A DNA stretch of 63,938 nt, counting the filler, from Raillietiella orientalis (taxonomy: Eukaryota): the NCBI GenBank assembly GCA_036172245.1. It is 13 parts of 13 records of this genome, joined end to end, with 100 filler letters (N's around TTAATTAATTAA, not from the genome) between each part and the next. Parts side by side here need not be neighbours in the genome. Positions count along the whole stretch, not along the records: positions 10,835 to 16,116 come from JAYWIR010000325.1; positions 16,217 to 21,493 come from JAYWIR010000326.1; positions 21,594 to 26,682 come from JAYWIR010000328.1; 10 more parts are not named here. One strand, written 5' to 3'. Every line of letters begins with the position of its first letter. Position 1 is the stretch's first letter. Shown here one piece after another: positions 10,835 through 25,066 of this stretch. Both the position numbers and the translations under genes were made by a program. The notes below the pieces were generated by a model that ran no database searches, had not been told where the DNA came from, and worked only from the letters and a program-made list of their open reading frames with translations.

Positions 10835-13800
10835 GGTCAAAATTTACAACTTTTGTGAGTTGTAATCAATTGCAAATCAGTACATTTCACCATTGCACTT
10901 TTGCTCTTTCTCGCGAAGCATCCATTTGCAGTGAGCTGCAAATTCACGGAATGGAGCCGCACATCATTCCAATTTCTTGGTTTCAGAGGATGACTAAGAG
11001 GATTCCTACATTTCATTATGGTGGGGCACTTTTGACTCTGCGCTGTTTTCACGGCAAGCAGCGTTGGAATTAGAAAGCGAGTGTTTTCCTTCGATGTGAT
11101 CCATTATGTGGTCAAAATTTACAACTTCTGTGAGTTGTAATCAATTGCAAATCAGGACATTTCACCATTGCACTTTTGCGCTTTCTGGCGAAGCATCCAT
11201 TTGCAGTGAGCTGCAAATTCACGGAATGGAGCCGCACATCATTCCAATTTCTTGGTATCAGAGGATGACTAAGTGGATTCCTACATTTCATTATGGTGGG
11301 GCATTCTTGACTCTGCGCTGTTTGCATGGCAACCAGCGTCGGAATTTGAAAGCGAGTGTTTTCCTTCGATGTGATTCATTATGTGGTCAAGATTTACAAC
11401 TTTTTTGAGTTGTAATCAATTCCAAATCAGTACATTTAACCATTGCACTTTTGCTCTTTCTCGCGAAGCATCCATTTGCAGTGAGCTGCAAATTCACGGA
11501 ATGGAGCCGCACATCATTCCAATTTCTTGGTTTCAGAGGATGACTAAGAGGATTCCTACATTTCATTATGATGGGGCACTTTTGACTCTGCGCTGTTTTC
11601 ATGGCAACCAGCGTCGGAATTAGAAAGCGAGTGTTTTCCTTCGATGTGATTCATTATGTGGTCAAGATTTACAACTTTTTTGAGTTGTAATCAATTCCAA
11701 ATCAGTACATTTCACCATTGCACTTTTGCTCTTTCTCGCGAAGCATCCATTTGCAGTGAGCTGCAAATTCACGGAGTATAGCCGAACATCATTCCAGTAT
11801 CTTGGTTTCAGAGGATGACTAAGGGGATTCCTACATTTAATTATGGTGGGGCACTTTTGACTCTGCGCTGTTTTCACGGCAAGCAGCGTTCGAATTAGAA
11901 AGCGAGTGTTTTCCTTCGATGTGATCCATTATGTGGTGAAAATTTAAAACTTTTGTGAGTTGTAATCAATTGCAAATCAGGACATTTCACCATTGCACTT
12001 TTGCGCTTTCTCGCGAAGCATCCATTTGCAGTGAGCTGCAAATTCACGGAATGGAGCCGCACATCATTCCAATTTCTTGGTTTAAAGGATGACTAAGAGG
12101 ATTCCAACATTTCATTATGGTGGGGCACTTTTGACTCTGCGCTGTTTTCATGGCAACCAGAGTCGGAATTTGAAAGCGAGTGTTTTCCTTCGATGTGATT
12201 CATTATGTGGTCAAGATTTACAACTTTAGTGAGTTGTAATCAACTGCAAATCAGGACATTTCACCATTGCACTTTTGCTCTTTCTCGCGAAGCATCCATT
12301 TGCAGTGAGCTGCAAATTCACGGAGTATAGCCGAACATCATTCCAACTTCTTGGTTTCAGAGGATGACTAAGGGGATTCCTACATTTAATTATGGTGGGG
12401 CACTTTTGACTCTGCGCTGTTTCCATGGCAAGCAGCATTGGAATTAAAAGGCGAGTGTTTTCCTTCGATGTGATCGTTTATGTGGTCAAAATTTACAACT
12501 TTTGTGAGTTGTAATCAATTGCAAATCAGGACATTTCACCATTGCACTTTTGCGCTTTCTGGCGAAGCATCCATTTGCGGTGAGCTGCAAATTCACGGAA
12601 TGGAGCCGCACATCATTCCAATTTCTTGGTTTCAGAGGATGACTAAGGGGATTCCTACATTTCATTATGGTGGGGCACTTTTGACTCTGCGCTGTTTTCA
12701 CGGCAAGCAGCGTTTGAATTAGAAAGCGAGTGTTTTCCTTCGATGTGATCCATTATGTGGTCAAAATTTACAACTTCTGTGAGTTGTAATCAATTGCAAA
12801 TCAGGACATTTCACCATTGCACTTTTGCGCTTTCTGGCGAAGCATCCATTTGCAGTGAGCTGCAAATTCAAGGAATGGAGCCTCACATCATTCCAATTTC
12901 TTGGTATCAGAGGATGACTAAGTGGATTCCTACATTTCATTATGGTGGGGCATTCTTGACTCTGCGCTGTTTGCAAGGCAACCAGCGTTTGAATTTGAAA
13001 GCGAGTGTTTTCCTTCGATGTGATTCATTATGTCGTCAAGATTTACAACTTTTTTGAGTTGTAATCAATTCCAAATCAGTACATTTAACCATTGCACTTT
13101 TGCTCTTTCTCGCGAAGCATCCATTTGCAGTGAGCTGCAAATTCACGGAATGGAGCCGCACATCATTCCAATTTCTTGGTTTCAGAGGATGACTAAGGGG
13201 ATTCCTACATTTCATTATGGTGGGGCACTTTTGACTCTGCGCTGTTTTCACGGCAAGCAGCGTTTGAATTAGAAAGCGAGTGTTTTCCTTCGATGTGATC
13301 CATTATGTGGTAAAAATTTACAACTTCTGTGAGTTGTAATCAATTGCAAATCAGGACATTTCACCATTGCACTTTTGCGCTTTCTGGCGAAGCATCCATT
13401 TGCAGTGAGCTGCAAATTCACGGAGTATAGCCGAACATCATTCCAATTTCTTGGTTTCAGAGGATGACTAAGGGGATTCCTACATTTAATTATGGTGGGG
13501 CACTTTTGACTCTGCGCTGTTTCCATGGCAAGCAGCGTTGGAATTAGAAGGCGAGTGTTTTCCTTCGATGTGATCGATTATGTGGTCAAAATTTACAACT
13601 TTTGTGAGTTGTAATCAATTGCAAATCAGGACATTTCACCATTGCACTTTTGCGCTTTCTGGCGAAGCATCCATTTGCAGTGAGCTGCAAATTCACGGAA
13701 TGGAGCCGCACATCATTCCAATTTCTTGGTTTCAGAGGATGACTAAGGGGATTCCTACATTTAATTATGGTGGGGCACTTTTGACTCTGCGCTGTTTCCA

Positions 13801-16116
13801 TGGCAAGCAGCGTTGGAATTAGAAGGCGAGTGTTTTCCTTCGATGTGATCGATTATGTTGTCAAAATTTACAACTTTTGTGAGTTGTAATCAATTGCAAA
13901 TCAGGACATTTCACCATTGCACTTTTGCGCTTTCTAGCGAAGCATCCATTTGCGGTGAGCTGCAAATTCACGGAATGGAGCCGCACATCATTCCAATTTC
14001 TTGGTTTCAGAGGATGACTAAGAGGATTCCTACATTTCATTATGGTGGGGCACTTTTGACTCTGCGCTGTTTTCATGGCAACCAGCGTCGGAATTAGAAA
14101 GCGAGTATTTTCCTTCGATGTGATTCATTATGTGGTCAAAATTTAAAACTTTTGTGAGTTGTAATCAATTGCAAATCAAGACATTTCACCATTGCACTTT
14201 TGCGCTTTCTAGCGAAGCATCCATTTGCGGTGAGCTGCAAATTCACGGAATGGAGCTGCACATCATTCCAATTTCTTGGTTTCAGAGGATGACTAAGGGG
14301 ATTCCTACATTTAATTATGGTGGGGCACTTTTGACTCTGCGCTGTTTCCATGGCAAGCAGCGTTGGAATTAGAAGGCGAGTGTTTTCCTTCGATGTGATC
14401 GATTATGTTGTCAAAATTTACAACTTTTGTGAGTTGTAATCAATTGCAAATCAGGACATTTCACCATTGCACTTTTGCGCTTTCTAGCGAAGCATCCATT
14501 TGCGGTGAGCTGCAAATTCACGGAATGGAGCCGCACATCATTCCAATTTCTTGGTTTCAGAGGATGACTAAGAGGATTCCTACATTTCATTATGGTGGGG
14601 CATTTTTGACTCTGCGCTGTTTGCATGGCAACCAGCGTCGGAATTTGAAAGCGAGTGTTTTCCTTCGATGTGATTCATTATGTGGTCAAGATTTACAACT
14701 TTTTTGAGTTGTAATCAATTCCAAATCAGTACATTTCACCATTGCACTTTTGCTCTTTCTCGCGAAGCATCCATTTGCAGTGAGCTGCAAATTCACGGAG
14801 TATAGCCGAACATCATTCCAGTATCTTGGTTTCAGAGGATGACTAAGGGGATTCCTACATTTAATTATGGTGGGGCACTTTTGACTCTGCGCTGTTTTCA
14901 CGGCAAGCAGCGTTGGAATTAGAAAGCGAGTGTTTTCCTTCGATGTGATCCATTATGTGGTCAAAATTTACAACTTTTGTGAGTTGTAATCAATTGCAAA
15001 TCAGGACATTTCACCATTGCACTTTTGCGCTTTCTCGCGAAGCATCCATTTGCAGTGAGCTGCAAATTCACGGAATGGAGCCGCACATCATTCCAATTTC
15101 TTGGTTTCAGAGGATGACTAAGAGGATTCCTACATTTCATTATGATGGGGCACTTTTGACTCTGCGCTGTTTTCATGGCAACCAGCGTCGGAATTAGAAA
15201 GCGAGTGTTTTCCTTCGATGTGATTCATTATGTGGTCAAAATTTACAACTTTTGTGAGTTGTAATCAATTGCAAATCAGGACATTTCACCATTGCACTTT
15301 TGCGCTTTCTGGCGAAGCATCCATTTGCAGTGAGCTGCAAATTCACGGAATGGAGCCGCACATCATTCCAATTTCTTGGTTTCAGAGGATGACTAAGAGG
15401 ATTCCTACATTTCATTATGGTGGGGCACTTTTGACTCTGCGCTGTTTTCATGGCAACCAGCGTCGGAATTTGAAAGCGAGTGTTTTCCTTCGATGTGATT
15501 CATTATGTGGTCAAGATTTACAACTTTTTTGAGTTGTAATCAATTCCAAATCAGTACATTTGACCATTGCACTTTTGCTCTTTCTCGCGAAGCATCCATT
15601 TGCAGTGAGCTGCAAATTCACGGAATGGAGCCGCACATCATTCCAATTTCTTGGTTTCAGAGGATGACTAAGAGGATTCCTACATTTCATTATGGTGGGG
15701 CACTTTTGACTCTGCGCTGTTTTCACGGCAAGCAGCGTTTGAATTAGAAAGCGAGTGTTTTCCTTCGATGTGATCCATTATGTGGTCAAAATTTACAACT
15801 TCTGTGAGTTGTAATCAATTGCAAATCAGGACATTTCACCATTGCACTTTTGCGCTTTCTGGCGAAGCATCCATTTGCAGTGAGCTGCAAATTCACGGAA
15901 TGGAGCCGCACATCATTCCAATTTCTTGGTTTCAGAGGATGACTAAGAGGATTCCTACATTTCATTATGGTGGGGCACTTTTGACTCTGCGCTGTTTTCA
16001 TGGCAACCAGCGTCGGAATTAGAAAGCGAGTGTTTTCCTTCGATGTGATCGATTATGTGGTCAAAATTTACAACTTTTGTGAGTTGTAATCAATTGCAAA
16101 TCAGGACATTTCACCA
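10835..16116. repeat. 275-bp satellite DNA array (~19 monomers)
   Basis: Head-to-tail monomers with 275-bp period (repeated ORFs at 10837, 11112, 11387, 11662 and onward). Confidence 0.98.
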
Positions 16117-16216
16117 NNNNNNNNNNNNNNNNNNNNNNNNNNNNNNNNNNNNNNNNNNNNTTAATTAATTAANNNNNNNNNNNNNNNNNNNNNNNNNNNN
16201 NNNNNNNNNNNNNNNN

Positions 16217-19200
16217 CGCGCGCGAAGGAGAAGATTGCCTTTCAAATTCCGACATTGGTTACCATAAAAAAAACACAGAATGCAAAGTGCCACATCCTAA
16301 TGAAATGTCGGACTCTTCTTGATGATCCTCTGAAACCAGGAAATTGGGAGGCTCTTCGGCTCTCCATGACGGGAATTTGCCACTCACTGCAAATGGATGC
16401 TTCGAGAAGAGGCGCAAAAATGCAATGGTGAAATCTAGTGACTTCGAGATCATTACAAAAGGTGAAAAGTGGCAAATTAGGACCAAATAATGCATAAGAG
16501 CGAAGGAGAAGATTGCCTTTCAAATTCCGACATTGGTTACCATGAAAACAACACAGAATGCAAAGTGCCACGCCCTAATGAAATGTCGGACACTTCTTGA
16601 TGATCCTCTGAAACCACGAAATTGGGAGGCTCTTCGGCTCTCCATGACGGGAATTTGCCACTCACTGCGAATGGATGCTTCGTGAAAAGGCGCAAAAGTG
16701 CAATGGAGAAACCTTCTGACTTCGAGATCATTTGAAAAGCTGAAAAGTGGCAACTTAGGACCAAATAATGAATAAGAGCGAAGGAGAAGATTGCCTTTCA
16801 AATTACGACATTGGTTACCATGAAAACAACACAGAATGCAAAGTGCCACGCCCTAACGAAATGTCGGACTCTTCTTGATGATCCTCCGAAACCAGGAAAT
16901 TGGGAGGCTCTTCTGCTCTCCATGACGGGAATTTGCCACTCACTGCAAATGGATGCTTCGTGAAGAGGCGCAAAAGTGCAATGGAGAAACCTTCTGACTT
17001 CGAGATCATTACAAAAGCTGAAAAGTGGCAAATTAGGACCAAATAAAGCATAAGAGCGAAGGAGAAGATTGCCATTCAAATTCCGACATTGGTTACCATG
17101 AAAACAACACAGAATGCAAAGTGCCACGCCCTAATGAAATGTCGGACTCTTCTTGATGATCCTCTGAAACCAGGAAATTGGGAGGCTCTTCGGCTCTCCA
17201 TGACGGGAATTTGCCACTCACTGCAAATGGATGCTTCGTGAAAAGGCGCAAAAGTGCAATGGAGAAACCTTCTGACTTCGAGATCATTTGAAACGCTAAA
17301 AAGTGGCAAATTAGGACCAAATAATGAATAAGAGCGAAGGAGAAGATTGCCTTTCAAATTCCGACATTGGTTACCATGAAAACAACACAGAATGCAAAGT
17401 GCCACGCCCTAATGAAATGTCGGACTCTTCTTGATGATCCTCCGAAACCAGGATATTGGGAGGCTCTTCGGCTCTCCATGACGGGAATTTGCCACTCACT
17501 GCAAATGGATGCTTCGTGAAGAGGCGCAAAAGTGCAATGGAGAAACCTTCTGACTTCGAGATCATTACAAAAGCTGAAAAGTGGCAAATTAGGACCAAAT
17601 AATGAATAAGAGCGACGGATAAGGTTGCCTTTCAAATTCCGACATTTGTTACCATGAAAACAACACAGAATGGAAAGTGCCACGCCGTAATGAAATGTCG
17701 GACTCTTCTTGATGATCCTCTGAAACCAGGAAATTGAGAGGCTCTTCGGCTCTCCATGACGGGAATTTGCCACTCACTGCAAATGGATGCTTCGTGAAGA
17801 GGCGCAAAAATGCAATGGTGAAATCTTGTGACTTCGAGATCATTACAAAAGGTGAAAAGTGGCAAATTAGGACCAAATAATGAATCAGAGCGAAGGAGAA
17901 TATTGCCTTTCAAATTCCGACATTGGTTACCATGAAAACAACACAGAATGCAAAGTGCCACGCCCTAATGAAATGTCGGACTCTTCTTAATGATCCTCTG
18001 AAACCAGGAAATAGGGAGGCTCAGAGGCTCTCCATGACGGGAATTTGGCACTCACTACAAATGGATGCTTCGTGAAGAGGCGCAAAAGTGCAATAGTGAA
18101 ATGTTCTGATGTCGAATTGATTACAAAACCTGAGAAGTTGAAAATTTCGACCAAATAATGAATCAGAGCGAAGGAGAAGATTGCCTTTCAAATTCCGACA
18201 TTTGTTACCATAAAAAAAACACAGAATGCAAAGTGCCACATCCTAATGAAATGTCGGACTCTTCTTGATGATCCTCTGAAACGAGGAAATTGGGAGGCTC
18301 TTCGGCTCTCCATGACGGGAATTTGCCACTCACTGCAAATGGATGCTTCGTGAAGAGGCGCAAAAATGCAATGGTGAAATCTAGTGACTTCGAGATCATT
18401 ACAAAAGGCGAAAAGTGGCAAATTAGAACCAAATAATGCATAAGAGCGAAGGAGAAGATTGCCTTTCAAATTCCGACATTGGTTACCATGAAAACAACAC
18501 AGAATGCGAAGTGCCACGCCCTAATGAAATGTCGGACTCTTCTCGATGATCCTCTGAAACCAGAAAATTGGGAGGCTCTTCGGCTCTCCATGACGGGAAT
18601 TTGCCACTCACTGCAAATGGATGCTTCGTGAAGAGGCGCAAAAGTGCAATGGAGAAACCTTCTGACTTCGAGATTATTTGAAAAGCTGAAAAGTGGCAAC
18701 TTAGGACCCAATAATGAATAAGAGCGAAGGAGAAGATTGCCTTTCAAATTCCGACATTGGTTACCATGAAAACAACACAGAATGCAAAGTGCCACGCCCT
18801 AATGAAATGTCGGACTCTTCTTGATGATCATCCGAAACCAGGAAATTGGGAGGCTCTTCTGCTCTCCATGACGGGAATTTGCAACTCACTGCAAATGGAT
18901 GCTTCGTGAAGAGGCGCAAAAGTGCAATGGAGAAACCTTCTGACTTCGAGATCATTTGAAAAGCTGAAAAGTGTAATTTAGGACCAAATAATGAATAAGA
19001 GCGAAGGAGAAGATTGCCTTTCAAATTCCGACATTGGTTACCATGAAAACAACACAGAATGGAAAGTGCCACGCCCTAATGAAATGTCGGACTCTTCTTG
19101 ATGATCCTCCGAAACCAGGAAATTGGGAGGCTCTTCTGCTCTCCATGACGGGAATTTGCCACTCACTGCAAATGGATGCTTCGTGAAGAGGCGCAAAAAT

Positions 19201-21493
19201 GCAATGGTGAAATCTTGTGACTTCGAGATCATTAGAAAAGCTGAAAAGTGGCAAATTAGGACCAAATAATGAATAAGAGCGAAGGATAAGATTACCTTTC
19301 AAATTCCGACATTTGTTTCCATGAAAACAACACAGAATGGAAAGTGCCACGCCGCAATGAAATGTCGGACTCTTCTTGATGATCCTCTGAAACCAGGAAA
19401 TTGAGAGGCTCTTCGGCTCTCCATGACGGGAATTTGCCACTCACTGCAAATGGATGCTTCGGGAAAAGGCGCAAAAGTGCAATGGTGAAATCTTGTGACT
19501 TCGAGATCATTAGAAAAGCTGAAAAGTGGCAAATTAGGACCAAATAATGCATAAGAGCGAAGGAGGAGATTGCCATTCAAATTCCGACATTGGTTACCAT
19601 GAAAACAACACAGAATGCAAAGTACCACGCCCTAATGAAATGTCGGACTCTTCTTGATGATCCTCTGAAACCAGGAAATTGGGAGGCTCTTCGGCTCTCC
19701 ATGACGGGAATTTGCCACTCACTGCAAATTGATGCTTCGTGAAGAGGCGCAAAAGTGCAATGGAGAAACCTTCTGACTTCGAGATCATTAGTAAAGCTGA
19801 AAAGTTGCAAATTAGGACCAAATAATGAATAAGAGCGAAGGATAAGATTGCCTTTCAAATTCCGAAATTTGTTACCATGAAAACAACACAGAATGGAAAG
19901 TGCCACGCCGTAATGAAATGTCGGACTCTTCTTGATGATCCTCTGAAACCAGGAAATTGAGAGGCTCTTCGGCTCTCCATGACGGGAATTTGCCACTCAC
20001 TGCAAATGGATGCTTCGTGAAGAGGCGCAAAAATGCAATGGTGAAATCTTGTGACTTCGAGATCATTACAAAACCTGAAAGGTTGAAAATTTCGACCAAA
20101 TAATGAATCAGAGCGAAGGAGAAGATTGCCTTTCAAATTCCGACATTGGTTACCATAAAAAAAACACAGAATGCAAAGTGCCACATCCTAATGAAATGTC
20201 GGACTCTTCTTGATGATCCTCTGAAACCAGGAAATTGGGAGGCTCTTCGGCTCTCCATGACGGGAATTTGCCACTCACTGCAAATGGATGCTTCGAGAAG
20301 AGGCGCAAAAATGCAATGGTGAAATCTAGTGACTTCGAGATCATTACAAAAGGTGAAAAGTGGCAAATTAGGACCAAATAATGCATAAGAGCGAAGGAGA
20401 AGATTGCCTTTCAAATTCCGACATTGGTTACCATGAAAACAACACAGAATGCAAAGTGCCACGCCCTAATGAAATGTCGGACTCTTCTTGATGATCCTCT
20501 GAAACCACGAAATTGGGAGGCTCTTCGGCTCTCCATGACGGGAATTTGCCACTCACTGCAAATGGATGCTTCGTGAAAAGGCGCAAAAGTGCAATGGAGA
20601 AACCTTCTGACTTCGAGATCATTACAAAAGCTGAAAAGTGGCAAATTAGGACCAAATAATGAATAAGAGCGAAGGATAAGATTGCCTTTCAAATTCCGAC
20701 ATTGGTTACCATGAAAACAACACAGAATGCAAAGTGCCACGCCCTAATGAAATGTCGGACTCTTCTTGATGATCCTCCGAAACCAGGAAATTGGGAGGCT
20801 CTTCGGCTCTCCATGACGGGAATTTGCCACTCACTGCAAATGGATGCTTCGTGAAAAGGCGCAAAAGTGCAATGGAGAAACCTTCTGACTTCGAGATCAT
20901 TACAAAAGCTGAAAAGTGGCAAATTAGGACCAAATAATGCATAAGAGCGAAGGAGAAGATTGCCATTCAAATTCCGACATTGGTTACCATGAAAACAACA
21001 CAGAATGCAAAGTGCCACGCCCTAATGAAATGTCGGACTCTTCTTGATGATCCTCTGAAACCAGGAAATTGGGAGGCTCTTCGGCTCTCCATGACGGGAA
21101 TTTGCCACTCACTGCAAATGGATGCTTCGTGAAAAGGCGCAAAAGTGCAATGGAGAAACCTTCTGCTTTCGAGTTGATTACAAAACCTGAAGAGTGGCAA
21201 ATTTGGACCAAAGAATGAATAAGAGCGAAGGAGAAGATTGCCTTTCAAATTCCGACATTGGTTACCATGAAAACAACACAGAATGCAAAGTGCCACGCCC
21301 TAATGAAATGTCGGACTGTTCTTGATGATCCTCTGAAAGCAGGAAATTGGGAGGATCAGCGGCTCACCATGACGGGAGTTTGCCACTCACTGCTTGGGAA
21401 TTAGCTTCATTGAAGAATCTAATCTCGTGCAATGGAGAAACCTTCTGACTTCGAGATCATTACAAAAGCTGAAAAGTGGCAAATTGGCACCCG
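16217..21493. repeat. 278-bp satellite DNA array (~19 monomers), reverse-complement homolog of the 275-bp satellite
   Basis: 278-bp period (16242, 16520, 16798 and onward). Its reverse complement shares long blocks such as CGAAGCATCCATTTGCAGTGAG and TGGTTTCAGAGGAT with the 275-bp family. Confidence 0.98.
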
Positions 21494-21593
21494 NNNNNNN
21501 NNNNNNNNNNNNNNNNNNNNNNNNNNNNNNNNNNNNNTTAATTAATTAANNNNNNNNNNNNNNNNNNNNNNNNNNNNNNNNNNNNNNNNNNNN

Positions 21594-22954
21594 TTCTCGA
21601 TGACGGACGCTTCCGCCGGTTCGCTCCCCACGCTGTTGACATTTTCAACAGTGGGTTGCTCGTCGGTAGCAGCGATTTCTACCTTGCGGCGTTCGGCGGG
21701 GACGCGTTCCACGACGACGCTGCATTCTTTTAAATTCTCGCTAACCTGCTGTTTTTTATTTTGGTAGGCGAGCTTTTTTCGATTCGTCGTTTTTTCTTCT
21801 TCGACTTTTTTCTTTTTCACAGTGACTTCTTGCTATTCCAACACCTGACCACTTTTGTCAATCTTTTCGGCATTCGTTGCCGGGGTGTCGGCTGAGGCCT
21901 GGACCACGAGAGTAAGTGCCACAGCTTGAGCGGCAGCCTTCGCCGCCAGTTTTTTCTGCAGCAGCCGCGCGCGTTTGTTTAGGTTCCTAGAGGAAATAAC
22001 GCGCACAGCGCATTGTGAACACACTTCCTTCGTGTGGCCCATTGTCCCGCATACCAGGCACTGTACGTTGGGGCACCTCCTTTTAAGGTGTCCAGACGTG
22101 TTGCAGGAGCAACAGTATTTGGGATTCCCCACGTACCAGAGGTCGACGCTTTCTCCGCCGACCACCAGTTTGTGGTGCAGGGTAGAGACCTCCCGAACGG
22201 TTACACGGGCAGCCCTGTGGCCGCACCGAACAGTGATATAGTCCTCGAAAGGACTAGGCCTTGTCCATACTGCATGGACCGTGCCTTCTTTTCCCAACGC
22301 GGCGAGTAACTGTTCTTTCCGCATCCGCGCGGTAACTCCTAAAAGGTGGACCACCATACTGTGGTGCGCCGTAACGGGAAGGAGCCTGCGTGTCCCTATA
22401 ACCACGGGGGTTGCAAGCAGACGTTGGGTCAGATCTGCATGTTTGCAGATCACCTCTACGTACTGCCCCCCTCTACGAATGGTCATAGCGCAGAGCTCCT
22501 CTTCTTTAACATCGAGAGCGCGCATCCCCTTTGAAAAGGCGCGCGCACTCTCAGCAGAATACAAATTTCGTACTTTGTAGAATAGTGATGCGTTATACTC
22601 CTCTTCCACATAGGCAGATAATTCCACCGCGGCTGCAGGCGATGGCGCGGACACGACAGCGCTCGACGCCCGCGCTGCAGCGGGGAACGGTTTTGTGGGG
22701 GTGGACGCCCTCACCTCCTTCGCCACTAGAGGCGACGTTGCCGCCGCCCCCTGGCACTCCACCATCTCTAGAGGCGACGTTGCCGCTGTCACCTGGAACT
22801 GCATTTCTTCAGGAGGCGACGTTTCCAACGCCCCCTGACACGTACTGGTGGTCGCATCAGGCATTGCTGCCTGATCGACCACCACCACACAAGAAGCCTA
22901 CACCTAGGGACGGTTCCCGGCACGAGGAGCAGCGAGGAAACACGTTCTCTCTAG
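21594..22954 (-). mobile_element. GC-rich LINE, intact 5' end + ORF1
   Basis: 5' end CTAGAGAGAACGTGTTTCC; ORF1 (ATG 22864, ORF 21833-22888) with CCSCNTSGHLKRRC and CLVCGTMGHTKEVC knuckles; premature stop at 21833. Confidence 0.9.
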
Positions 22955-22958
22955 ACAA

Positions 22959-25066
22959 CGTAAAGCATTCGACTGCGTCGACCAGAATCTCTTGCTGCCG
23001 CTTTTGGAACGCTTGGACTTCTCTGCGTCATTATTGGCCTATCTGCGCTCTAGGTGACGCGATTCTCAAATCAATGTTACTTTTAGCAGGCATACCGTTC
23101 ACGGCGTGCCGGTGCGACGTGGAATCCGGCAGGAAGACAGTCTTAGCCCCTTGCTCTTCAGTACCTACTTTGAGATGGTACTGAGAGCGTACAGGGAAAC
23201 CCTGGCGCACCTGCCTCATGAATGCGCCGGAACGCCTTCGGTTTCAGCATATGCGGACGACCTTCTGCTACTGCTCCCTATGTCCACCCCGGCTTCGGCG
23301 GTCGAGAAGTTCTTCGACCTGCTGAATCGAGGAACCGGGCTTACGGTTAAAAGAGCGAAGTCGTCCGTGATGCCAGATGGTGATGCGTGGGCAGGGAAGC
23401 AGGACTGGGTCCATTTGGGGATCCCCACGGTGAGGTACTTCAGGTACCTTGGTGTGCCGTTGGAGGACAACTCCCCTGCGGAAGCGTGGTCCGGTTGCCT
23501 TCAAAAAGTAGAGACGGCTGTCGGCCTGTTCCGAGGCGGCAGGTTTTTCTTGCCTGAACGGGCCGCGGTTTGGAACATGTTCTAAACTCCTCCCCTCCGT
23601 TCCCTGCTTTTTGTTTGTCCCCCCACAGAGAGGATCAAAACGCGGACAAAGGACCTCCTCCGTATCGCCCTTTGGGGCAACAGAAGGGCCCGAGTCCTCT
23701 TGAAGGACTTGTGGGCACCGCGTCGGGACGGTGGTCTCGGCCTCCTGACATTAAGCGGCTGGAGCTGCAGCTCCAGTTCCGGATTTTGGCACTTGTGCCG
23801 GAGTTGTGGTGCACCTGTTGGTGCGTCCCTGCACGTCTGCTCCTTCAGCAAGCCACCGACAAGACGGGACTTACGTCGTTTCTTGCACTCTATCAAAGCC
23901 GCATCAACCGATGTGGGCTTCAGCTACGAGGGGGGCTGCGCTGGCAAGGAAACATCAAGGATGGATCACCTGTCTCCCCGTGAACGGTAGTGCCTGGTTG
24001 CAGGAAACCGTTCGTACGTGGGAACAGTTAGGCATGCAACCCTCCCATCAGGAACGAAGGTTCCTGTTTGGGTGTTACAGAAGGTGCACGCTTTGTGAGA
24101 TCGTGGAGTATCCTAAGAAGAGAGCGTGGTCAGGAAGAACCCCCCTCGCTGCTGCGCTGGACTCCCTAGTGGAACAACAGCACAGCGATGTTGCGGAGAA
24201 GTGAGAGGTTACAATAAAAATCTCCGGGAAGGAGAAGAAGCAGAGAGAGTGGAAGACAAGCCAGCTAACTGATGCTGCGACCCCGAGTTCGCCTCCTAAT
24301 GGACTTCTGCGCTGGGGAGCGCTGCTGGATGTTCCGATTGAACATCTGAAGTGGCCCCCGTTTCTTATGAACACTTCCATCCTCCCCCTAAAATGGCAGA
24401 AGTCGACTTTCCTGTTGCAGCACTGGGGACTCCCCTGCAACGCCCGTCGACACCACTGGACCTGGGGAGCGGTGGATCCCAATTGTGTAAGGTGCGGGGA
24501 ACGGGAGTCCCTCCCCCACCTCCTAGTGGATTGTGTTGCCCTTCGGCCCCTTTGGTTCCGCTTTGCCGCGGCCATCGGTATCCCTTGCAGCAACCCCAGG
24601 GACGCACTAAAAGCCTTCTTCGTTGCCGACGCCCTGCGGCCAGCGTCCTCGATAGCAGCCTTGTGCTGCCTTCGTGGGATCGTCGCCGCCTGGAGCACGG
24701 CGACGGGAGGACCTAGCGATCAGGAAGCCATCCAGTGCGCCTCCGAATTCCTGAGGAGGGCGTCGCGATGGCCCCACCTGGATGTTCACAACAAACAAGA
24801 GCTTGTCAGCATCCTGAGAGGGATGATGCGGCCCCAGCAGCAACAGTGATCCCTTCCCGTTCCCTCCCACCCTTTGTTTTTTTTTTGTTTAGTTTTTTTG
24901 TTTTTCCCCTTTTCCCTGCTGCCTTGGTGGACCGTACCGGTCTAGAAACCGGTGAATTGGCAGGCGCCGTGGTTCTTAGCTTCCGGCTGGAGCATTGCCA
25001 CAGCCATTATTAATTTGTTTACAAAGTTTATTTTTTTAATAAACGACCCGGAGAAATCCGGTTGAA
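22959..25066 (+). mobile_element. GC-rich LINE, 3' part starting exactly at RT RKAFD
   Basis: Begins CGT AAA GCA TTC GAC; YADD in ORF 23106-23585; CVRCGERESLPHLLVDC; stop at 24849; 3' UTR ending AATAAACG-hairpin-TTGAA. Confidence 0.92.

Noticed and set aside
10835..16116. CRISPR array interpretation of the regular repeats
   Set aside because: The whole monomer repeats; there are no unique spacers and no cas genes.
21390..21430. Non-satellite segment near the array end
   Set aside because: It is short, near a contig end and among other mismatches, so low-quality consensus is likely.
10835..21493. Dozens of repeated 70-140 aa ORFs in the satellites (also 51871-56716)
   Set aside because: Monomer lengths are not multiples of 3, ORFs occur on both strands, and stops vary between copies. 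They are by-products of non-coding repeats.
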